In this document: positions 46,251-59,023 of the stretch, in pieces
Numbering within the stretch: position 1 is the first letter of the stretch
How the letters are laid out: every line of letters begins with the position of its first letter
Assembly: GCF_018350175.1 (NCBI RefSeq)
Contig: NC_058373.1
Span: forward strand, 137,020,001 to 137,084,000
Source: Felis catus
Taxonomy: Eukaryota
Direction: 5' to 3'
Length of the DNA: 64,000 nucleotides
Position numbers and translations under genes: made by a program
The notes under the pieces: model-generated
Databases searched by the model: none
What the model was told of the DNA's origin: nothing
The model's input: the letters and a program-made list of their open reading frames with translations, nothing else

Positions 46251-47730
46251 CCCTGCCACCGCCGGGTACGGCCTCCCTGGCCCTTTTGGACTACTGCACC
46301 CCATCGGACTCTTGTATTCTTTTGCATTTCTTTCCAGAGCCCCGTGGACATTTGATTTCAGAACGTCTGCTTTTTGGCAACCGTCTCAGGCAGCCCTTCA
46401 CGGTTTATAAACCCAGCCCTTCATAGATCTGAAGCAGGCTCGCATCAACCACCTCATCTGATCCCCAGCAGTGAGGCGACCCTCTCCCTGGGGCATCTCC
46501 CTCGTGGCCGAGGGGCTAGGATGTGGGAGAGTGGGGAGACTAGATAATTGCTGGTAGAGTTTGTGGGGCGCCTCAAACGTCCCCCTCCCTCCACCTGGCT
46601 GAAGATCCTTTTCCTGCTGCGGGGTGGCAAGCCTCTGAGCTGAAAGAATGTTCCATGGCACCCCGGCCTCTCGCAAGACCCTCCCGGGTCACAGATGGCC
46701 GCTGTAGGAGCTGGCCGCGCACGAGGAAGGCCAGGCCTGCGCACAGGCACAGCAGGCTTGCTCTCACCCCAAATGTCCTCCATTCTGCACAGCGTGACCC
46801 CCGCCCGCTGGACAGAGATGGGTGTCGCCCTATTGCTTCTCTGTTATTGGAGACACAGCTTCCCCGGGCGGTGTGGACACCGCCGAAGGAGATTCACACC
46901 AGCCTAGCTTCCTTGTTGGGCTTCATCCCCCCCCTGCTTCTGCACACTGGGCGTCATTCATACCTTCTGGGCTCAAGACCCGGCCGAGGCTAAAAGATTT
47001 CCAAAGAGTCTATTTGGACCCTTACCGACCTGCTCATAAGCTGGACGCAAGGCAGAGAAAGATGCATATCAGGGAGCAAAGAAGACACCGTCGGCCGAAT
47101 TTAAACTATTATGTACGAATCCAGCCGTTCTGTTCTCGCTGTGTCCCTTTGTTATAAAGAGAACCCCTAAATGCCCGTTTCTGGTAGTGTTTGTTCATGG
47201 CTTCACTGTGAAGCAGCTAGAAGCAGTCAGGAAATCATCCCACGTTCTCAAGGAGGGCACCCAGGTCCCCTCCGTATGGTCTCTCAGTTAGGGGTTTGGC
47301 TGAAAGGGAGGTTGGGTATTGAGCCCACGCCACACCCCGTCCCACGGCAGCTGTCTGCTTCGTTTTGTGTATCGTTGGACACTGTGGTCTCCTTCGGAGC
47401 AGCTCTGCAAGATTATAAGCCCTTCCCTTTGGAGGCCGTCTGTTCTGCCCATTCTGTTAAGAGTGTGCTCGCTTATGCGTTCCACGCCCGTTTCTTCTTA
47501 TGTAGCTTGTATGGGGGAATAGCTTTATAACTGGGAGCAGAAGATTGACAAGTTCTGGAGAAAAGAATAGAAGCTGTGCCAGAAACTGGAAGGGGGTGTG
47601 CAAGACAGTTGGTCACACAGGATTACAGTGTGTGGAGTGAGTCCAAGGGGGGTGTTGCAGCCCAATGGTCAGCCAAGGGTCCAGAGGAAAAACTCAAGAG
47701 TGTGTAAGCTAATGTGTCTCCACCATATAT

Positions 47731-47941
47731 ATTTTTTTCAATGTTTATTTATTTTTGGGACAGAGAGAGACAGAGCATGAACGGGGGAGGGGCAGAGAGA
47801 GAGGGAGACACAGAATCGGAAGCAGGCTCCAGGCTCTGAGCCATCAGCCCAGAGCCCGACGCGGGGCTCGAACTCCCGGACCGCGAGATCGTGACCTGGC
47901 TGAAGTCGGACGCTTAACCGACGGCGCCACCCAGGCGCCCC
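47731..47941 (-). mobile_element. Young SINEC_Fc
   Basis: TSD ctccaccatat. Confidence 0.95.
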
Positions 47942-48458
47942 TCCACCATATTGATCATCTTGGCTCTGGTGATGACTTCCCTTGGGTAGCAAGTTTTAAA
48001 TAAATGTTTAAAGGTCTTTAACACCTCGCTAAGAATGGCTAGAAATCGTGCCACCTGCCTAGCTGGGCAGGTTTGGTGTCTATAGCTTAATGCTTTGAGG
48101 TAGTGAGGTCTTTGGGAAGAACACATCAGTGAGGGTCCACCAAGTATTAATGGCACCAGGTTGCTATGGATTGCTCTAGATCCCAAAAAAAGGAACAGAA
48201 ATGTTGACCTGACACCTGCCTCATCCAGCAGATTAACCATGGATGCTGTGCCGAGAACAGTTTAGGTCTGCCAGGAGAATCCCTTCTTCCAAGTTTGCCT
48301 GGCTGGACATTGCTCAGAGCCACCTGGGTCATCCCTTTTTAGACTTTGTCATCAAATCCCCCCAAGCCGCAGGGGAAAGTGGGTATATTTCCCTGGGATC
48401 TGGGATTGGGCGGGGGGGCTCCAAAAGCATGAGTTCCTTTGAAAATTTGGCAAATTTT

Positions 48459-48682
48459 GAGGTGCCTGGGCGGCTCAGTCGGTTGAGCGGCCGACTTCGG
48501 CTCAGGTCACGATCTCGCGGTCCGTGAGTTCGAGCCCCGCATCGGGCTCTGGGCTGACGGCTCGGAGCCTGGAGCCTGTTTCGGATTCTGTGTCTCCCTC
48601 TCTCTGCCCCTCCCCCGTTCATGCTCCATCTCTCTCTGTCTCAAAAATAAATAAACGTTAAAAAAAAATTAAAAAAAAAAAG
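48459..48682 (+). mobile_element. SINEC_Fc
   Basis: TSD gaaaatttggcaaatttt. Confidence 0.95.
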
Positions 48683-49289
48683 AAAATTTGGCAAATTTTC
48701 CCTTTTGCTCTATAATAAGTCATGTTTGTTTTGACATGAAAACAATGTTTTTAATCAATTGCTATTGAGTAAACTGAGGCTCTGGTTATCTCAAAGGTGG
48801 TTTAGGACTTGGTACACACTGTGGGCCATAAACCAAGCACACTGATTTTTTTGTCAGCGTGCAATCCATCCCCCGTCTCCAGTCCCCTTTCTTTTTCCAG
48901 AGAATCCTTGGTTACTTCCGCAATTAACGGGATAGAGAGGAATAGGGACCGTCTTTCCAAACTGCTGGGTTTCCCAAAAAGAAATTGACTGTGCAACCCT
49001 GTCCTCCATTAAAATACTGGTAAAACTGCTGTATATTCACAGGACAAACATTCAGTCCCCAGCCTCTGAGCTGCCATTCAGTCCTTCCAGCTGACCTTCC
49101 TTTCCTGTGCTCTGAAGCAGCTCGTTAAAGCTCTCCGTGCCCTCCTGAGGCCGTCCTGGTCCTGTGTGCTTGGTCTTAGCAGTCAGGGTCACCCGCTACC
49201 TCCATGACAGATTTGCATAGATGGGACAGGATGGATCTCATCTGCCCGCCCTTATTCTTCCGAATGTCACTACATCCATGCCTCCCTTG

Positions 49290-51472
49290 TCCCCCTGTGG
49301 AGACCTCTGTATTCTTGAAGGGTATTTTCTTTGACTCCAATTCTGGGTGGAAAATTTTCCGACAGCAGTTTAAAGACACCGTTCCGCAGTCTTCTGGCCT
49401 TCGTGCTTCCGATGAGATGTTTGTGGGAACTGTGATGTGTCATGTTGTCTCTGGCCAGTTTCAAGGCTGTCTCTGAATTTTGGTTTTCAGCAGTGGGACT
49501 GTCATGGGTCTACAAGGACTTCTTTTTTATTCTTACTTATCCCATTTAAAGTTTCCTGAACTTCCTGAATCGATACACTCACGTCTTTGACCCAGTTTTG
49601 ACCGTTACCTATTTTTTGCTCTGCTCGTGTTTGCTCTCTCTTGCTCCCTCTCTCTCCCACTCTTCCCGACTTTTGGGACTTCGACTGCTGACCTCTTAAA
49701 TCTTTTGCTCTTACGCAAACCTGAATTCCGATCATTTTGAGAGAGAGAGAAACAGAGCGTGAGTGGGGGAGGGGCAGATAGAGAAGGAGACGCAGAATCC
49801 AAAGCAGGCTCCGGGCTCCGAGCTGTCAGCACAGAGCCCGACGCGGGGCTCGAACTCATGGACTGTGAGATCATGACCTGAGCCGCAGTTGGATGCTTAA
49901 CCGACTGAGCCACCAGGCGCTCCTATTATCATTTTAATGTTTATTTATTTATTTTGAGAGAAAGAGAGAGAGCATGAGTATGTAAGCAGGGGAGGGGCAG
50001 AGAGAGAGAATCCCAAGTAGGCTCCACACTGTCAGCGCAGAGCACAATGTGGGGCTCGATCTCATGAACTGTGAGATCATGACCTGAGCTGAAATCAAGA
50101 GTCAGATGCTTCACCAACTGAGCCACCCAGGTGTCCCTATTTTTATTTTAGCTGGTGTATTTTTTCAGTATTAAAATTTCCATGTGGTTATTTTTTGCAT
50201 TCTCTTTTTCCAGAAACTTCCTGCTTTTCATTCATTGTAGGTAAATTCTCATTTTCCTTGTTGAGCATTATTATGTTCACTGTTTTAGAGTCATCGGCTC
50301 TCTGTGTTGTGAGTGACTTTGGATTGTATTCTGGACATTGTGAATATTACGGCATGAAGAGTTTGGATTTTGGTGTATTTCTCTGAGAAGTGCCGGTGGG
50401 TTTGTTTTAGCAAGCAATTACCTTGATCAGATTTATAACAACGTAGATGAACCTCAGACACATAACGGTGAATAAAAGAAGCTGGACACAAAAGGTTACG
50501 TATTGTGTTATTCTGTTTATGTAAAGCTCAAAACTAGCCTATATGATCTATGCTCTTAAAGTCAGGATCCTGGTAACCTTTGAGGGAGCATTAGTGATTT
50601 AAATGGAGCACAGTGGGGTGATTGGGGGCTTCTGGTCGTATTCTGTTTCTTTTTAAACAACTTTATGGAAGTATAATTGACATACAACAACTGTACATTT
50701 TAAAGCATAAAATTTGGTAAGTTTTGATGTATGTATACACCTCTGAAATCATAACAATAATCAGTGTAATGGATATATACATAACACTCTCCCCTAAGCG
50801 TTCCAGTGAAATTCCCTCTCAGCCCCGCCTGCCACATGTCCGGTGACAACTGATGGGCTCTTGGTCACTGTGGATCACTTTGTACCTTCTAGGACTTTTA
50901 CAAATGGCATTTTACGTAATCTACTCTTTTTTGCTCTGGTTCCTTTCACTTGGCACCTGTGTATCTACTTTGGCGACATGTCTTGAAATATTTTTTGCTT
51001 ATTTTTTTTAAATTGGGATTTGTTTTTTTTTTTGGTTTTCTCATTATTCGGTGTTGAGCGTTGTTATATACTCAGGAAAGCCCTCTCACAGATATGTGAT
51101 TTGCAAATATTTTCTTCCACACATTGTCCTGTCTTTTCTAATTTTTTTTTTTCAACGTTTATTTATTTTTGGGACAGAGAGAGACAGAGCATGAACGGGG
51201 GAGGGGCAGAGAGAGAGGGAGACACAGAATCGGAAACAGGCTCCAGGCTCCGAGCCATCAGCCCAGAGCCTGACGCGGGGCTCGAACTCCCGGACCGCAA
51301 GATCGTGACCTGGCTGAAGTCGGACGCTTAACTGACTGCGCCACCCAGGCGCCCCCATTGTCCTGTCTTTTCATTCTATTAACAGTGCCTTTCAAGGAAA
51401 GAAAGTTCTTAATTTTGATGAACTTTGATTGAATTGATTTATTCTTTATTTTAAATTGTTTTAAAGTTCACT

Positions 51473-51518
<46 letters not shown>

Positions 51519-52340
51519 TGAGCGGGCAAGGGGGGGAGAGAGAGAGGGAGACACAGAATTGGAAGCAGGCTCCAGGCCATGGAGCCTGGATAGCGTGAGC
51601 TGTCAGCACAGAGCCTGATGCAGGGCTCGAACCCACAAACTATGAGATCATGACCTGAGCCGAAGTTGGACCCTTAACAGACTGAGCCACCCAGGCACCC
51701 CCAAATTGATTTATTCTTTTTATGGATTGTGCTTTTGGGGTCATGCCGAAGAAAATTTTGCCCAATCCAAGCTTACAAAAATTTTCTTCTTTGTTTTCTT
51801 TTAGAAGTTGGTGGTTTCAAGATTTAGATTTACTTCTACAATAGATTTTGAGTTAGTTTTTGTATCAACTGTAAGATATGGATCGAAGGGTTTTGTTTTG
51901 TTTTTCGTTCGTTCTTGGTATCAGGTCGTCTTAGCACCATTGGTTAAAGAGAATATCCTTTGGTCTATTGAATTGCCCGTGCAACTTTGTCAAAAATCGA
52001 TTGAGCACGCATTTGTGGGTTTATTTCTACGCCTTCTGTTCTGCTCCCTTGATCTATTTATTTGTATTTGGGCTCCTACCACATTGTTAGTATAGCTACT
52101 CTGTTGTAGCTTCACACTGTAGCTTTATAATAAATCTTGAAATCAGGTAGCATAAATCCTCCAACTTGGTTCTTTTCTTTCCAAGTTGTTTTCTCTATTC
52201 AAAGTCCTATGCCTTTCCACATGGATTTTAGAGGCGGCTTTTCAATGTATCCATTAGCGCACAGTGGGATTTTTTTATTGCCATGCATTGAATCTTAGAT
52301 CTATTTGGGAGCATTGACATCTGAGCAGTATCGAGTCTTC
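49290..52340 (-). mobile_element. Old L1M fragments interrupted by four CanSINEs (49735-49922, 49931-50137, 51141-51355, 51450-51682)
   Basis: Degenerate antisense L1 ORF1/ORF2/3' sequence with SINE consensus blocks; the 51141 copy has TSD cattgtcctgtctttt. Confidence 0.75.
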
Positions 52341-53329
52341 TGATATAGGTAGCTGCTTCTGTGAAAAAAAAAAAAGAAATAGAATGACACAAAGGGACAA
52401 AGTCCGAGTATGGGTTTCCCCAGTGGCCTTGAGCATGTCACTTCCCCACTCTGAGCCTCTGTCTCGTCTTCTATAATTGAGGGGAGAATAGGCTCTGTGA
52501 GATGAAGCCAGATGATGATAGAGAAGCTGACGGTGTTCCAGGGATAACAACGAGCTTTTCACGCGCTGTTATTATTATGCACCTGGTGGGTTTGCCAAAA
52601 TAAATGTCCAAGAGAGAGAGAGCGTGGCGCTATTTGGATACAAATTATGTTCTCTTTCTCCTCTTCATTATAATCACAGTGAACATCACCATCACCCAGC
52701 GTTAAGCCTTCCAGGTGAGGCTCCACATGCTCATGGAGACAGCATCACCCTTGTCTTGTGATCACTCCAATCTGATGTCCGTTAAGTGGCGTTCACATCA
52801 TCTCCTCCCGTTTAAAAGGCTCGCTGTTTTTCAAGTCTGACAATTTCCTTCTACGTGCCGTCAATTTTCTGGCTGGCCCTGTGGACTGTGGTTTCTGTCT
52901 TTCTCTTTCGTGTACCTACCTCGTGTGTCGTTTCCAGGGGTCACTTGGGCTAACTCCAACACTTATTCTCTCATCACCCTGGGTTTTGTGTCGCTCACTG
53001 GCTGCTGGGACCAGGGGGTCTTGGAACAACGGTCCTGGCCATTGCCTGTGACCAAGCCCTGGCCAGATCCTAGCACCTGTCTCTGGTGCCCGTGGATTCT
53101 TTTTCCGTGCATGTCTCAGCCTGTGACAGCTGTGAATCTGAAACCAACCTGTTCCTGGCAGTGACTTTAAAAGATCTGGCAAAACCATTCTCATTTCGCT
53201 CTCTCTATCACTTCCTGGACTCAGGTGTCAGATCCTAGATGTGCCAAAACCCAGCCTGATATATTCTATTTATATTTAATGAATGCCTGCCATTTTAGGG
53301 TTTACATTTACATGGTCATGTGCTAATTT

Positions 53330-53970
53330 TTCTTTTTTTTTCAATTTTCTTTTTTATTTTTTTAAATTCACATCCAAATTAGCATCTAGTGCAACAATGA
53401 TTTCAGGAGTAGATTCCTTAGTGCCCCCTCCCCAGTTAGCCCATCCCCCCTCCCACAACCCCTCCAGAAACCCTCAGTCTGTTCTCCATATTTATGAGCC
53501 TCTTCTGCTGTGTCCCCCTCCCTGTTTTTATATTATTTTTATTTCCCTTCCCTTATGTTCATCTGTTTTGTCTCTTAAAGTCCTCATATGAGTGAAATCA
53601 TATGATATNNNNNNNNNNNNNNNNNNNNNNNNNNNNNNNNNNNNNNNNNNNNNNNNNNNNNNNNNNNNNNNNNNNNNNNNNNNNNNNNNNNNNNNNNNNN
53701 NNNNNNNNNNNNNNNNNNNNNNNNNNNNNNNNNNNNNNNNNNNNNNNNNNNNNNNNNNNNNNNNNNNNNNNNNNNNNNNNNNNNNNNNNCTATTGTCGAT
53801 AGTGCTGCTATAAATACGGGGGTGCCTGTGTCCCTTCGAAACAGCACACCTGCATCCTGTGGATAAATGCCTAGTAGTGCAATCGCTGGGTCGTAGGGTA
53901 GTTCTATTTTTAGTTTTTTGAGGAACCTCCATACTGTTTTCCAGAGTGGCGGCACCAGCTTGCATTCCCA
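53330..53970 (-). mobile_element. 5'-truncated carnivore/felid L1
   Basis: [30 protein letters not shown]; same 3' UTR as the copies at 593 and 37563. Confidence 0.92.
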
Positions 53971-54019
53971 TAATTTTTCTATTTAATAGTCCTTTTACTC
54001 TTTCTTGCTCTGGTTAGGA

Positions 54020-55400
54020 TTATTTATTTATTTATTTATTTATCGAGAGTGCTGCGAGTGGGGGAGGGGCAGAGGGCGAGGGAGAGAGCGAATGTTAAGG
54101 AGTCTCCACGCTCAATGTGGAGCCTGATGCAAGGCTTACTCTCACGACCGTGAGATCACGACCTGCGCCAAAATCAAAGAGTCGGATGTCCAACCGACGG
54201 GACCACCCAGGCTCCCCCGGGTTGATATTTTTATTATGTTATTTTTCCTTGCTAAATTGGAAGACAAACGGACTACTTATTAGCGCTTGTCCTAAAACTG
54301 GAGCATGTTCCTTGATTTACTGAGGAAAAAGCACTAAGTAGTACTTTGACCCTCCTCCTGGATAATACAAGGGACTGAGAACGCCTGCATTTCACAGACC
54401 TCTGTCCTAACACACCAGCTGTGGTTGTCGTTGTGTACTTGCAAATCCATGTGAACATTATTCAGTTATATTATTATTATTGCACACAGCCATGTTTGCT
54501 TCGGTAAGCCCACATGTTTGCTGGTTTGCCTTCTCCAGTCCTTCCTGCATTTGACCTTCCCCCTTGCTTATCCTTGCTCTTAGTGGGGTTTGCTGTTGGC
54601 AAATTCTCTCTGCTCTTCCTCCTCGGAAGCCATTTGATTTCACCTTCATCCTGGAAGGATATTGTGACTGGTTGAGAGGATTCTCCTTTCTTCATCAGCG
54701 GCTATTTTCATGACATCCTCTATCTGTTCCCATTGCCTTCTGGTGTGCACAGGGGTCCTTGAAACACGCGAGGCCGGTGTCCTCTTGAAAATAAGGTGAC
54801 CACACCACCTGGGCTGCTTGAAAAAGTTATCTTTGTGTTTATTGCCTGCAATTGAAAACGATGCTGCATTTGTGTTTGGATTTCTTTTCTTCTTCTTGCT
54901 TTTGAATTTAATTCTCCTGGGGACTTATTAGGTATCTTCAATTTTGCAAGTGATGTCTCGCATCAGTTCTGAAAGATTCTTAGCCATTATTATTATTTTT
55001 TTAAATTTTTAATGTTTATTTTTGATAGAGACAGAGTGCTAGTGGGGGAGGGGCAGAGAGAGAGAGAAAGACACAGAATCTGAAGCAGGCTCCGGGCTCC
55101 GAGCTGTCAGCACAGGGCTCGAACTCACGGACCGTGAGATCGTGACCTGCGCCAAATGCCGCTGCTTAACCGACTGAGCCACCCAGGCGCCCCAATTCTT
55201 AGCCATTATTAAGACCTGCTTCTGTCCATCTTGTCTTTTCTGTCTTTCTGGCTTCAGCTATGTGTATCTTAGCCTTTCTGATGGCACTGTTTATATCCAT
55301 TGACCCCTCTTTGTATTTTTAGCTTTATCTCTCCGTTCCGTACCCGGGAGACTTTCTTCTGACCTATTTTCCAATTCCCTTAACTTTCTCTCCCGTCTTT
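54020..55400 (-). mobile_element. CanSINEs (54020-54217, 54995-55193) and old L1M ORF1-like fragment (~54420-55400)
   Basis: SINE consensus; TSD attcttagccattatta; antisense L1 ORF1-like sequence. Confidence 0.7.
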
Positions 55401-56177
55401 TTCAGTGCTATAAAATTATTTTAGGATTATCCGCCCAAGATTGAACACGTAGTAAAGATGGGACGAACATATCATCAGTTACCATCTCAGGTGAAAAGCA
55501 TCAAAATACATCAATTAAACGCTCTAAATAATCTTCTCAAGCAACTGCCTGAGGAACAGACAACGGGCTGCTTTTATAAGAACACTCTTGTGGGAAGACC
55601 TCGGATGAATTAGATGAATTTGTGCTCGGGGGTCGTGTCATGTAACATATCCCTCATCGTCTCCAACCGGTTCTTCCGCAGAAAATCTGCTTGTGAAATT
55701 CCCACACAACCTCCAAATATCCACAGGGAAAAATGCCTTTCTCCTGTCATGATGGCAGTGAGCTGCCCTGGAGTAAGCCGAGATGCTTTCTGCTTCTACG
55801 ATGTGATTCTCTCTGCGGTCTGCAGGACGGTCTTTGGCACCCATCTTCTTTGCGGGGATTGTTCCCGAGAGCGTTGGCCAATACGCTTCCTGCGCGCAAA
55901 TCTCCGAGTGTGTTTGCTAGGGCCCCGAGCTGCAGTGGTAAGTTATGGAACTGTCTCGAGCTTCTGTTCTTTTACCTGTAAAGGGGAAGTGCTAATCGCA
56001 GCTATGTCCGAAATTATTGTGGGGATTAAGTGAGATACTGCATGCAAAGTGCCTGGGTAAGTGCCGGACACACTTAGCCCTCAAAGGAGTCCGTTATTAG
56101 GACTGTTAATAAAACAGAGACATTATTATACCCATTTTACTCATGAGGAAAACTGAGGCTCAGAAAGTTTAAGTACC

Positions 56178-56615
56178 TGGGGCACCTGGGCAGCTCAGTT
56201 GGTCAGGTATCTGACTTCAGCTGAGGTCATGATCTCACGGTTCGCGGGTTTGAGCCCCTCATCGGGCTCTGTGCTGACAGCTCAGAGCCTGGAGCCTGCT
56301 TCGGATTCTGTGTTGCCCCTCTCTGCCCCTCTGCCACTCGCCCTCTGTCTGTCTGTCTCTTTCTCAAAAATAATAGACATTAAAACATTTTAGAAAGTTT
56401 AACTTTCCAGGGGCGCCTGGGTGGCTTAGTCAGTTAAGTGTCCAACTTCAGCTCAGATCATGATCTCAGGGTTTGTGAGTTCGAGCCCCACGTCGGGTCT
56501 TCTGCTGTCAGCACCGAGTCTGCTTCGGATCCTCTGTCCCCCTCTGTCTGCTCCTCCCCTGCTTACGCTCTCTCTTTCTCTTTCTCGAAAATAAGTGAAC
56601 ATTAAAAAACAAAAA
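56178..56615 (+). mobile_element. Two tandem CanSINEs within a MIR
   Basis: Heads at 56178 and 56409; agaaagtttaa flanks the first. Confidence 0.9.
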
Positions 56616-56702
56616 GGCAAGTGTAAGTAATTTTGCAAAGTTACATAGTAAAGAGAGGAGCTGGGATTTAAGTGTTACATATGAGCGTGTACGATTATAT
56701 AT

Positions 56703-56734
<32 letters not shown>

Positions 56735-56735
<1 letters not shown>

Positions 56736-57668
56736 TTTGCAAGCATAATTTGTTCTGGAAACATGCTTGCAATCCAAAGCGCTTGTATATCAGAGTGAAT
56801 TTCCCCGTAAGAAATAATGGAAACTCAGATGATTCGTTTCTACAACCCAAAAATATTCGTAGCAAATGATAGAATACTGTAATATAAATAATAAATAATG
56901 TTAATAATAAACATAATAATAAAGAAATATAAAGAATAAATAATAATAATAATAAATAATAAAGAAAATATAAAATACAAAGAAAAATAAACAAATGCAC
57001 CTGCACTTACCTTTGAAAACCTTCATGGCTGGTGTGAGGGAGACGAGAGAGAGGAGGGTTATTGTGTAGGACAACTTTCATGATCACTAACGGAATCACT
57101 GCCATCTATCAGTGGAATCTTTCTATCTGGATAGATAGGAATCTGCTATCTATCACTGGAATCTTCTTCTGTGTGGGGGCCGTTGTATACGCTTGCATGG
57201 GTGTTGACTACAGCACGGTGTTAATAAACTCTTGCCATATACTGTATTTAACGTAACTGGCAATAAGGCAGCAGAGGAAAGGGTCTCTATCCGCAGGCAG
57301 CCTGACCTAGAATGAAGCAGAGCATTCCTAGGCTCACTCTTGTCTGGAAGAGCAAAGGACTGTCCACAGGTGCTTGGAAGTGACAAAAAATACACTAGTG
57401 CCCGTTGTGGGCACCTTCCAGCGTTCTGAAAAACTGATTTCTGATCACTGATTTCTGCCAAGCACCGCGGCCTGAGACCGAGCAACCGAGCATGGGAGAT
57501 GATCACCCACAATGCTGCGGTGAGAGAGACGGAGAACCTTTGGCTCAGTGGTGATCATGTGACATTCGGCGTCATGTACTACTCGTATTGCAAGACGTCG
57601 CTCATTCGTCAAGCTGAAGTTTATTAGAAATGTTTGATCGTCTTGCGGAACACTCGCAGAACAAGTTA
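56735..57668. mobile_element. Non-autonomous Tc1/mariner (Tigger-like) DNA transposon
   Basis: Subterminal inverted repeats TAATTTGTTCTG (56746-56757) and CAGAACAAGTTA (57657-57668). Flanked by TA/CA microsatellites; the right end runs into an N gap. Confidence 0.65.
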
Positions 57669-58795
57669 NNNNNNNNNNNNNNNNNNNNNNNNNNNNNNNN
57701 NNNNNNNNNNNNNNNNNNNNNNNNNNNNNNNNNNNNNNNNNNNNNNNNNNNNNNNNNNNNNNNNNNNNNNNNNNNNNNNNNNNNNNNNNNNNNNNNNNNN
57801 NNNNNNNNNNNNNNNNNNNNNNNNNNNNNNNNNNNNTGTGGTTANNNNNNNNNNNNNNNNNNNNNNNNNNNNNNNNNNNNNNNNNNNNNNNNNNNNNNNN
57901 NNNNNNNNNNNNNNNNNNNNNNNNNNNNNNNNNNNNNNNNNNNNNNNNNNNNNNNNNNNNNNNNNNNNNNNNNNNATATATATATGTGTGTGGTTATATA
58001 TATATGTGCAGTTATATATATGTGTGTGATTATATATNNNNNNNNNNNNNNNNNNNNNNNNNNNNNNNNNNNNNNNNNNNNNNNNNNNNNNNNNNNNNNN
58101 NNNNNNNNNNNNNNNNNNNNNNNNNNNNNNNNNNNNNNNNNNNNNNNNNNNNNNNNNNNNNNNNNNNNNTTATTTTTTTTTCTTCTACTACTTTATGTCA
58201 CCTGCTGTTCTTTAGAGCCAACATAGAAGCTTGGGTAGAAGTTTGATTAGACTAAAAAGTTTGTGGAATGTGGGAAGGGCAGAGAGAACCTTGTTTTTGA
58301 GCTTACGATAAACGTGTGACAATCAGCTTCAAAGAGGCGGAGAGAAGGCCTGGAAATACAGTAGATCTGTGATAAAGGCTTCTACGGGGTTGAACTGAAA
58401 GGACGGTAAATCGCGGGAGCAAAAGACAACTATTGTTCGGGACTGCCATTCGCACGGCAGAAACCGAAAGAGTTGAAGCAGCGTACTTCTCAGAAATTTT
58501 GATGGTTTTCAGTTATTTTTAACGACTTGCCCAATTGTTAGAACTGGAGGGAAAAGCCATGCGTTTTTGTTCTCTAGACAATTTGCACAATCTGCATGCC
58601 ACTTTTCTTTTCCTTTTTCCACTCCAGGATAATGGAAATGATGATTCTTTTTGTAAGGGATTCTCTGGAGCTCCTCTCGTTGAGAGTAGAAGGAACGGAC
58701 GATGAAAAGCAAAGTGAGTAAGAGGCCCTGGCTATAGCATTGGGAACCAACAGAAAGAAGCAGGTGGGGAGACAGTATTTAAAACATCAGTCATC

Positions 58796-59023
58796 GGGGC
58801 GCCTGGGTGGCGCAGTCGGTTAAGCGTCCGACTTCAGCCAGGCAACGATCTCGCGGTCCGTGAGTTCGAGCCCCGCGTCAGGCTCTGGGCTGATGGCTCG
58901 GAGCCTGGAGCCTGTTTCCGATTCTGTGTCTCCCTCTCTCTCTGCCCCTCCCCCGTTCATGCTCTGTCTCTCTCTGTCCCAAAAATAAATAAACGTTGAA
59001 AAAAAAATTAAAAAAAAAAAAAA
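58796..59023 (+). mobile_element. Young SINEC_Fc
   Basis: TSD aaaacatcagtcat. Confidence 0.95.

Larger units (their letters stand above)
42325..46784 (-). pseudogene. Ancient decayed clade-A serpin gene relic (exon II split ~46260-46784 plus ~44920-45125; exon III ~44361-44633; exon IV 43820-43974; exon V ~42325-42508)
   Basis: Colinear serpin motifs across frameshifts: CAG|AATG plus signal-like SLLCLCAGLAFLVRGQ; KLYQQL; LQIYEGLG; YSEDV; LDRGPDVIVH*IFFR; W..P/KSF/TVV..LLLP; FLPK/ISGILDL/VTEDLFSN with GTGAGT donor; GGARGIEI and DIRTLSLI*KGK. Confidence 0.7.

Noticed and set aside
46510-46560. Alternative frame NYLVSPLSHILA resembling serpin NIFFSP
   Set aside because: Overlaps the same bases as KLYQQLSS; only one reading can be ancestral, so it was not counted as independent evidence.
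42325-46784. Naming the relic SERPINA11, SERPINA14 or Serpina16
   Set aside because: Too decayed to assign by eye; only a weak signal-peptide resemblance to SERPINA11.
641-58246. ORFs containing long X runs
   Set aside because: Artefacts of N gaps in L1 copies and microsatellites.
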